Assembly (NCBI GenBank): GCA_001805445.1
Contig: MHGF01000023.1
Location: 82,859 to 146,858, forward strand
DNA from: Omnitrophica WOR_2 bacterium GWF2_43_52
Lineage (GTDB): Bacteria; Omnitrophota; Gorgyraeia; Gygaellales; UBA12090
Reading direction: 5' to 3'
DNA length: 64,000 nt
Every line of letters begins with the position of its first letter. The first letter of the stretch is position 1. The notes beneath the pieces are model-generated. The model was given only the letters and a program-made list of their open reading frames with translations. It ran no database searches and had not been told where the DNA came from. Of this stretch, positions 56,854-64,000 are shown one piece after another. The translations under genes and the position numbers were made by a program.

Positions 56854-57774
56854 ATGAAGAAAGATTTAATTTCGATAAAGGATTTAAGCGCCGAAGAAAT
56901 AGAAGGCATTTTTGCGCTTACTGATGAGCTTAAAAAAGATAAATCCAAGTATGCCGAAAGCCTGAAAGGAAAAACGCTCGCGCTTATTTTTCAGAAGCCA
57001 TCAAACCGCACGCGGGTATCGTTTGCCGTAGGAATGTTTCAGTTAGGCGGACTGGGCATCTATTTAGCTCCGGATGAAATAAATTTGGGGGTAAGAGAAA
57101 CCATTCAAGATGTGGCAAGGACGCTTTCCCGCTATGTTGACGGGATAGTGTTGCGTACTTTTGAGCATAGGAATGTGGAAGAGTTGGCAAAATACGCGAG
57201 TATTCCGGTAATTAACGGGCTTTCTGACCTTTCTCATCCCTGCCAGGGGCTGGCGGATTTGTATACTATAAGGGAAAAGCTCGGAAGTTTTAAGGGGCTT
57301 ACCTTGGCATATGTTGGCGATGGCAACAATGTTACTCATTCATTGCTTTACGGCTGTTCCAGGGCAGGGCTCAACATTACTATCGCGACTCCGGAAAAAT
57401 TTGAGCCTGATGCGGGAGTTGTCAAACAGGCAAAAGCATTCGCTTCTTTATCCGGGGCAAAGATACAACTATGTTATAAAGCATCCGAAGCTTGTAAAAA
57501 CGCGGATGTGATTTATACTGATGTCTGGACCAGTATGGGCCGGGAAAAAGAAGCCGCGAAACGAAGGAAGATATTTAGAAGTTTTCAAGTGAATAAAAAA
57601 CTGCTATCATTAGCTAAAAAGCATTGCCTCATCATGCATTGCCTGCCAGCACATAGGGGAGAAGAGATAACCGATGAAGCGATTGATTCGCAGAATTCTG
57701 TTGTCTTTGACCAGGCGGAAAACAGGCTGCATGTGCAGAAGGCGATTCTCATAAAATTATTAAAAAATACATAG
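56854..57774 (+). CDS. argF: Ornithine carbamoyltransferase
   Basis: KPSNRTRVSF, HPCQ, GDGNN, TDVWTSMG, HCLP, QAENR. Confidence 0.96.
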   Translation: MKKDLISIKDLSAEEIEGIFALTDELKKDKSKYAESLKGKTLALIFQKPSNRTRVSFAVGMFQLGGLGIYLAPDEINLGVRETIQDVARTLSRYVDGIVLRTFEHRNVEELAKYASIPVINGLSDLSHPCQGLADLYTIREKLGSFKGLTLAYVGDGNNVTHSLLYGCSRAGLNITIATPEKFEPDAGVVKQAKAFASLSGAKIQLCYKASEACKNADVIYTDVWTSMGREKEAAKRRKIFRSFQVNKKLLSLAKKHCLIMHCLPAHRGEEITDEAIDSQNSVVFDQAENRLHVQKAILIKLLKNT

Positions 57775-57776
57775 TT

Positions 57777-57818
57777 ACCCCACACTTCCCTGCCTACCGG
57801 CAGGCAGGCGTGTGGGGA
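57777..57818. repeat. CCCCACAC/GTGTGGGG hairpin with a nested 20-bp palindrome
   Basis: CCCCACAC TTC [CCTGCCTACCGGCAGGCAGG, 57789-57808] C GTGTGGGG. Confidence 0.75.
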
Positions 57819-57858
57819 ATAGATACTACAGGCGGGAGCCTGTAGAGGAGAAAATGAA

Positions 57859-59028
57859 ATGAAGAAAGTAGTTTTGGCTTATTCGGGGGGGCTTGATACT
57901 TCTTGCGCGGTCCAGTGGCTTAAGGATAAAGGCTATGAGGTTATTTGTTTTATCGCCGATTTAGGACAGGGTGAGGACTTTGAAAAGATAGAAAAACGCG
58001 CGCTGGTAGGAGGCGCTTCCAAGGTTTATATCAAGGATTTACGCAAGGAGTTTGTTGATGATTTTATTTTCCCTTCGCTTAAAGCAAATGCCATATACGA
58101 AGGCAAGTATCTTTTAGCTACGGCGTTAGGCAGGCCGTTGATCGCCAAATATTTGGTTCAAGTAGCGCATAAGGAAAAGGCTTCCGCGATTGCCCACGGC
58201 TGTACCGGAAAAGGCAATGACCAGGTGCGCTTTGAGGTTACCGCAAAGATACTTGACCCTGCCTTGGAAATTATCGCGCCCGTGAGGATATGGGAGTTTA
58301 AGTCCCGGGAAGAAGAAATTGAATATGCCCTGGCCAAGAAGATACCGATTGATGTAACCAAGAAAAAGTCGTACAGTTTAGACAAGAATTTATGGGGGGT
58401 ATCCATAGAATCAGGGGTTTTAGAGGACCCTTGGGTAGAGCCTCCTGAAGACTGTTATCAGTGGACTAATCCGCCAGAAGACGCGCCGAAAAAAGCCGTG
58501 TATGTGGAGATAGAATTTGAGAAAGGTATCCCCAAAAAAATAAACGGTAAAAGCTATGACGCGCTAACACTCATTGATATCCTTTGTAATTTAGGCTCAA
58601 CCCACGGCATAGGAAGAAGCGATATGATTGAGAACAGGCTGGTAGGTATTAAGTCCAGAGAAATTTACGAGGCTCCTGCCGGGACTATTTTACATTACGC
58701 GCACAGAGAATTGGAGGCATTAGTGTTAGACCGTGAAACAGCGCATTATAAAGAAGGGGTATCCTTAAAATACGCGGAGCTTATTTATTACGGTTTATGG
58801 TATTCCAAGTTAAGGATTGCGCTGGATAAGTTTATTGAGGAAACGCAAAATAACGTAAGCGGCACCGTGAGGCTTAAGCTATATAAAGGGAGCTGCAATG
58901 TGGTGGGGCGAAAATCGCCGCATTCATTGTATCGGGAAGAATTAGCGACCTATTCGGCAAAAGACAGGTTTGACCAGAAGCTTTCCGAGGGGTTTATCCG
59001 GATATTCGGGATGCCTCATCAAAGATAG
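57859..59028 (+). CDS. argG: Argininosuccinate synthase
   Basis: LAYSGGLDTS, HGCTGKGNDQVRFE, ENRLVGIKSRE. Confidence 0.97.
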   Translation: MKKVVLAYSGGLDTSCAVQWLKDKGYEVICFIADLGQGEDFEKIEKRALVGGASKVYIKDLRKEFVDDFIFPSLKANAIYEGKYLLATALGRPLIAKYLVQVAHKEKASAIAHGCTGKGNDQVRFEVTAKILDPALEIIAPVRIWEFKSREEEIEYALAKKIPIDVTKKKSYSLDKNLWGVSIESGVLEDPWVEPPEDCYQWTNPPEDAPKKAVYVEIEFEKGIPKKINGKSYDALTLIDILCNLGSTHGIGRSDMIENRLVGIKSREIYEAPAGTILHYAHRELEALVLDRETAHYKEGVSLKYAELIYYGLWYSKLRIALDKFIEETQNNVSGTVRLKLYKGSCNVVGRKSPHSLYREELATYSAKDRFDQKLSEGFIRIFGMPHQR

Positions 59029-59058
59029 TCAATAGTCTATGGTCGATAGTCAATAGTA
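59025..59058. repeat. Heptamer ATAGTC(N) array overlapping the argG stop
   Basis: ATAGTCA ATAGTCT ATGGTCG ATAGTCA ATAGTA. Confidence 0.75.
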
Positions 59059-59069
59059 AAAGGGAAAAA

Positions 59070-60470
59070 ATGGCGAAGAAATTGTGGGGTGGAAGATTTA
59101 GTAAGAAGACGAATCCTTTGGTGGAGGAGTTTACCAAGTCTATCCACTATGATTATAAACTTGCTGAATGCGATATTTTTGGTTCACTGGCCCACGTATA
59201 CATATTGGAAAAATGCGGTTATTTAACCCCTGCTGAAAAAGGCAAACTTGAGGAAGGGCTTGATTCCATAAGGCAAAGATTAATAGAGGGTAAGGGTAAG
59301 TTCAGTATACATAACAAAGAAGAGGATATTCATACGTGGATTCAGAACGAACTATATAAGGAGGTTGGGGATTTGGTTCTTAAGCTCCATACCGCCCGTT
59401 CAAGAAACGATCAGGTTGTATTTGCGACAAAGCTATACTGTAAATATGCAATAGAAGATTTATGTGATGGCTGTATCAGTAAATTAGCAATTGCTCTTAA
59501 TACTTTGGCGAAGCAGAATAAAGAGATTATTATCCCTGGTTTTACTCATTTACAGCATGCCCAGCCTGTACGTTTAAGGGATTATCTTTATGCCTATGAA
59601 GAAATGTTGAGAAGGGATTATCGCAGATTGCAGTATATTGCACAAAATATAATCATAACCTTAGGCGCTGGGGCGCTTGCCGGCACTCCTATTGGCGTAA
59701 ATGAATATCGCTGGGGGGCGGAAGCTTTTTTGAAAGAAGTTAAGAATTGGAAAAAAGAATTTAATATTGAGGCAACCGTTAACTCAATTGATACGGTAAG
59801 CGACAGGGATTTTGTGATTGAGATTATCAGCGCTTTATCTATTCTGGCGATGCACTTATCTAGGCTAGCTGAGGATTTGATTATTTGGGCAACTAAGGAG
59901 TTTGATTTTATTGAGATAGACGATGCTTATTGCACCGGCAGTTCGCTTATGCCTCAAAAGAAGAATCCGGATGCCTTAGAGCTAATACGAGGATACGCCG
60001 GTAGGTTATACGGCAACCTGGTAAGTGTATTAACTATGATGAAAGGCTTGCCGCTTACCTATAACAGGGATATGCAGCTGGATAAGGAGCCTTTATTTAA
60101 TTCATTTGAGATAGTCTGCAGTGAATTGAGGGTGTTAGAAGGCTTGATTAAGACGCTTAAATTTAATAAGAAAAAAATAGAAGAACACTTAAGGGATGAG
60201 TCTTTATATGCCACAGATTTAGTATATTATCTTGTGGATAAGAAAATCCCTTTTAAGGAAGCTCATACCATTATCGGGAAATTAATCAAATATTCTCTTG
60301 ATAACGGAATAGAGATAAAAAATATCCCTGAAGATAAGCTCAAGGTTTTTTCGGATAAATTTGTCAAAAAGGAAATAGTTACATTATTCGATCCGCGTGT
60401 GTCGGTAGAATCAAAAAGATCTATTAACCGTAAGGCTAGAACGGCCTTGGAAAGAGCAAGGCAGGAATAA
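59070..60470 (+). CDS. argH: Argininosuccinate lyase
   Basis: LWGGRF, EDIH, HTARSRNDQV, GSSLMPQKKNPD, YNRDMQ. Confidence 0.96.
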   Translation: MAKKLWGGRFSKKTNPLVEEFTKSIHYDYKLAECDIFGSLAHVYILEKCGYLTPAEKGKLEEGLDSIRQRLIEGKGKFSIHNKEEDIHTWIQNELYKEVGDLVLKLHTARSRNDQVVFATKLYCKYAIEDLCDGCISKLAIALNTLAKQNKEIIIPGFTHLQHAQPVRLRDYLYAYEEMLRRDYRRLQYIAQNIIITLGAGALAGTPIGVNEYRWGAEAFLKEVKNWKKEFNIEATVNSIDTVSDRDFVIEIISALSILAMHLSRLAEDLIIWATKEFDFIEIDDAYCTGSSLMPQKKNPDALELIRGYAGRLYGNLVSVLTMMKGLPLTYNRDMQLDKEPLFNSFEIVCSELRVLEGLIKTLKFNKKKIEEHLRDESLYATDLVYYLVDKKIPFKEAHTIIGKLIKYSLDNGIEIKNIPEDKLKVFSDKFVKKEIVTLFDPRVSVESKRSINRKARTALERARQE

Positions 60471-60471
60471 A

Positions 60472-60651
60472 ATGATATTAAAATTAAGCCGAAATAATCC
60501 TAAGAAGGAACTGGATTTTGAGATTCAATATCTTTCTTCGCTTTCTGTCAAACAGCGATTTGAGATGATGCTGAAAAAATCGCGGGAAATGGTTGCATTG
60601 TTGGAGAAAAGTGGACACCGAAGGCCTTTTGAAATTATTAAAAGAACATAA
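60472..60651 (+). CDS. 59-aa hypothetical protein missed by the ORF track
   Basis: ATG 1 nt after the argH stop; MILKLSRNNPKKELDFEIQYLSSLSVKQRFEMMLKKSREMVALLEKSGHRRPFEIIKRT; overlaps the next gene. Confidence 0.7.
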   Translation: MILKLSRNNPKKELDFEIQYLSSLSVKQRFEMMLKKSREMVALLEKSGHRRPFEIIKRT

Positions 60652-61048
60652 AGTTGATTTCGTGGTTATCGGCGCGACAGCTTTTCCTGTCCATGGATAC
60701 GCGCGTGCTACGTTGGATATTGATATTTTTGTAAGAGCAACTGAAGAGAACGCCGTTCGTACGTTAGCTGCCTTGAATGCTTTTGGGTATGATGTTACCG
60801 ATGTAAAAAAAGAAGATTTGTTAAAAAAGAAAATACTTATCCGCCAATACGCGGTTGAAACGGATATTCATCCTTTCGTTACGGGGGTTACCTTTGAAGA
60901 AGTATGGAAAAATAAAGTTAAGGCTAAGTTAGGCGATACCTCTGCGTATTTTGCGTCTTTGAATGATCTTATAAGAATGAAGCGGGCTGCTGCCAGGCCG
61001 AAGGATATTGAAGACATTAAATATTTGAAAAAATTGAAGAAGAAATAG
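60611..61048 (+). CDS. Nucleotidyltransferase-fold protein
   Basis: VVIGATA...HGYARATLDID...LIRMKRAAARPKD; GTG start with GGAG upstream. Confidence 0.85.
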   Translation: MDTEGLLKLLKEHKVDFVVIGATAFPVHGYARATLDIDIFVRATEENAVRTLAALNAFGYDVTDVKKEDLLKKKILIRQYAVETDIHPFVTGVTFEEVWKNKVKAKLGDTSAYFASLNDLIRMKRAAARPKDIEDIKYLKKLKKK

Positions 61049-61083
61049 CCTGAAGTGGCGATGCCTGTGAAGGGAGGGGATTG

Positions 61084-61852
61084 ATGTCAAATTTAAAGAT
61101 TCTCTTTTTGCTTCTTTGTAATCTTTGGTTTTTTGCCTCTCTTTCTTTCGCGCAAACTACCGAGACCATTGAAATCAGCACTTATTACCCTGCGCCCTAT
61201 GGTTCCTATAGCGAGCTGCAGTTGTATCCTAAGAGCACCCCTTCTCTCTGCGATGCCAATAGCCGGGGGACAATGTATTATGATGATTCAAGTAACCAGG
61301 TTATGGTGTGCAAAGATATAGGCGTTGGTTACTCGTGGTCAGTTATAGGGCAGGGAGGTTTTAGTAACTTCGCGATTTTTGATGTAGCAGGCACCTATAG
61401 TTTTTCCATCCCAACAGGAATAACTAAAATCATGCTTGAAGTCTGGGGCGCAGGAGGGGGGGGCGGGAGGAGGCGGTGTAGGTGATGGTTATTCTTGTAC
61501 TGACTCTGCTGGTGGTTCGGGAGGTGCTGGTGGATATGGAAAAGATATTTTTGATGTAGTGGCAGGGAGCGTGTATAGTGTCGTAGTTGGCGGGGGGGGG
61601 ATAGGTGGTATAATGGGAAGTTGTTCTGGTAGCAATGGAACTAATGGCGGAGCAAGTAGTTTTGGTAGCCTCATAAATGCTACAGGTGGAACGGCAGGAG
61701 GAGGAGGTGGCGTGGTGGGTAGTAATGGAACCAGTAGCGCAAGGATAAATAATAACAGATTGATGTATATGGTGGGCTGGAATTTTAGTGCGTCGGCATT
61801 GGCCGCAGCCGGTGGGAATGGAGGAGATGGACAAGTAATTGTTTGGTGGTAA
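61084..61852 (+). pseudogene. Secreted protein (TYYPAPYG motif plus Gly-rich domain) split by one extra base in a G8 run
   Basis: ORF 61081-61485 ends ...EVWGAGGG and ORF 61436-61852 continues GAGGGG...GGNGGDGQVIVWW; removing one G from 61456-61463 gives a single 255-aa ORF. Confidence 0.75.
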
Positions 61853-61880
61853 TAGAGAAAAAGCAGGGCCAAAGAAGAAA

Positions 61881-63501
61881 AATGAATAAAAAAAGATATA
61901 TCGGCTTATTTATGTGTTTCATCGGGTTGATTATTATGGCGGCTATTGTTTTTGCCGAGCCAATTCCGGAAAATAAATTTTGCTTTGGCATTGAATACCT
62001 TATGCCGCAGCCTGGAGGTTTTAACGATATAATCAATGTGTATTCAGAAATCGGAGCCGTCTGGAGCAAGTTCAACGGGCCAGGGACCGGGTGGAATGAT
62101 ATTGAGCCCACGCCTCCTGTTAAAGGCAGGCATACCTATTCTTGGGATAAAGTTGATGAAATTGTTCTAACGGCCCAGAGGGCGGGGTTTAAGCGCCTTA
62201 TTGTAGTCTTAAAATCAAATAGCAGATGGGGAGTAGGGAACATTAAGCCAAGCGGCCCTCTGGAAAGGCTCTCCGCCTCGCGCGGCACGGTGAGCGCGCT
62301 GCCTGACAGTGAACAAAATTTGAAACATTACCAGGATTATGTGTTTAATTTCGTGGAAAGATACGACGGCGACGGCCGCGGCGACCTCCCCGGGCTTCTT
62401 TATCCTATTCTGGATTACGAAATAGAAACAGAGGCCCAGCATGGAGTTTATTGGCATGGCACAGCCGATGACTACGTTATTCTGCTTAAGACCGCGTATG
62501 AAGCGGTTAAAAAAGCAGGCCCAAGGGCAAGGGTCATTCTTTCCGGTTTTGCTTTTTTTGATATTTTTGACGAAGGCTCGCGTAATGAAGAAGAGATTGC
62601 CCGGCTTATAGATGAGCTTTCCTCGCGCTATCCTCGCGGCGATATCCGGCATAAGTTTGGAGAGAAGTTCCGCGCCCAATTGGATTTTAACGCCCGCATC
62701 CTGAAAGAAAAAGATTATTTTGACGCGGTGGAATTCCACCTCTTAAGTTATTACAAAAGTATCCCCGGGATAGTTGCATGGATAAGGGGCCAGATGGCGA
62801 AAAATGGTTACGAAAAACCTATTTGGATGGGGGATGCCGGAGCGGTTATTGTCCCCTGCTCGGATAAAAGGGGGTTTCTCTCATCAAGATCAACGTATAC
62901 CATATTTTCAAAAGCGCCTTATGAGAACGGAGATGCACTGTTTGAAATTTTAAGGGCCGTTCAGGATAAGCATGGTTTGAGGTATCAGGAAGTAAGGAGC
63001 TGGTTTGAAGCCGAGCAGGCCCGTATTTTAGTCAAGTCGCTGGTTTTGGCAATGGGGGAAGGCATTGAGGGCGGTAATTGGTGGACATGGAAGGATGTGC
63101 CGCAGTTATTAAAAAGCAACGGCACAGGCAGAAGCTGGGCCTTATGTGGGTTAATTGATGACGATAACCAGTCCAAACGGCCTGTTTTTCATAGTTATAA
63201 ACTTCTGATTCAAAAACTTGGCGCCTTTTCTTCTGTTGAAAAGCTTGTTATTCGTCCGGATATTAACGCTTATAAATTTATTGTCAAGGGTAAGCCTGTA
63301 TATGTGGCCTGGCATGATTCAGGGATTGCTCAATCGCCCGGCCAATCTAAAAGCATTCGCGTTGGCCTGCCTTTGATTATCGGTAAGGAAACCGCGCTTC
63401 TGACGCCTATTATTACCAGCCGAAGCCAAACCGTTTTTCAGGAAGATATGAATATTTCGCGAGACATAGTTTTAACAGAAACGCCGGTTTTTATAGAATA
63501 A
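61881..63501 (+). CDS. Secreted glycoside-hydrolase-like (clan GH-A TIM barrel) protein
   Basis: Signal peptide; WNDIEP...YSWDKVD, FVERYDGDG, YEIETE, LLKTAYEAVKK, KPIWMGD. Confidence 0.65.
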
Positions 63502-63553
63502 AAGAAAACGAAAATAGCGAACTTTTTTGCGAGGCGGTAAAAAAGGGAAGAAT

Positions 63554-63931
63554 ATGGCAAACGCAAGCAGCCTTAAATTTCTGGCAAACGTAAATATTGA
63601 AAAGCCGGTCGTTGATTCTTTGTTAAAGAAAGGGTTTGATGTAAAGTGGGTTACGGATATTGATAAGAAGATGCCCGATACACGTGTATGCGAAATTGCA
63701 AATAGCGAGAATAGGATAATACTTACTAATGATAAAGATTTTGGCGAGATTGTATTCTTGCAGAAAAAAATAGTGCAAGGGATTGTCCTCTTGCGTATTA
63801 AAGGGCAGGATGCCATGGAAAAGGCGGGCCTTATTGAAAGGTTATTGGATAAATATCCCAGTAAGATTATCCGCCATTTTGTTGTGGTGACAAAAGAGAA
63901 ATTTAGGTTTATCCCCTTGGAGGTGGCGTAA
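63554..63931 (+). CDS. DUF5615 / VapC45-like PIN-domain protein
   Basis: LKFLANVNI, GFDVKWV, RIILTNDKDFGEIVF, GIVLLRI. Confidence 0.85.
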   Translation: MANASSLKFLANVNIEKPVVDSLLKKGFDVKWVTDIDKKMPDTRVCEIANSENRIILTNDKDFGEIVFLQKKIVQGIVLLRIKGQDAMEKAGLIERLLDKYPSKIIRHFVVVTKEKFRFIPLEVA

Positions 63932-64000
63932 ATGGAAGAAAAAAAAATACTGGAAAGGATAGAACGGAATCCTGATGTTATGTTTGGGAAGGCGGTAATT
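63932..64000 (+). CDS. DUF433-family protein, N-terminus only (runs off the window)
   Basis: MEEKKILERIERNPDVMFGKAVI; RBS GGAGG; matches the RI..NP.V..GKP.I start typical of DUF433. Confidence 0.75.
   Translation, partial: MEEKKILERIERNPDVMFGKAVI

Noticed and set aside
583-63816. Numerous 60-170 aa minus-strand and alternate-frame ORFs in the track
   Set aside because: All are shadows of well-supported + strand genes.
60472-64000. Prophage or integrative island
   Set aside because: No integrase, att site or structural phage genes in the window; only scattered accessory genes.

Overview
A gene-dense, almost purely housekeeping 64 kb segment of a moderately AT-rich bacterium (standard genetic code). 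Every credible gene is on the + strand. Lol and Mla genes indicate a diderm, FprA and ferredoxins suggest an anaerobe, and the lineage is inferred to be Omnitrophota-like. Contents: tRNA-Ile2(CAT), tRNA-Val(CAC), an enlarged RNase P RNA, nadE, lysS-lolE-lolD-ilvE, mcsA-mcsB-clpC, an Mla/MCE set, radA-PIN/TRAM-ispDF-cysES-tmk-holB-PSP1-metG-tatD, mtnA-thiL-tsaE-rsmD-coaD-yceD-rpmF-plsX-fabHDG-acpP-fabF, leuCDB-asd-truA, rplM-rpsI and argCJBDFGH. A small accessory tail holds a nucleotidyltransferase pair, a frameshifted Gly-rich secreted protein, a GH-like protein and DUF5615/DUF433. The most striking signal is non-genic. More than 20 gene junctions carry degenerate 7-10 nt tandem repeats from at least a dozen unit families, mostly built as left-arm/reverse-complement-arm hairpins. 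These overlap start and stop codons, occur in frame inside enzymes, form the P12 helix of RNase P RNA, and are themselves invaded by a 20-bp palindrome, with filled and empty sites both visible in this window. No transposase, integrase or CRISPR array is seen. All calls are by-eye motif recognition; no database search was run.
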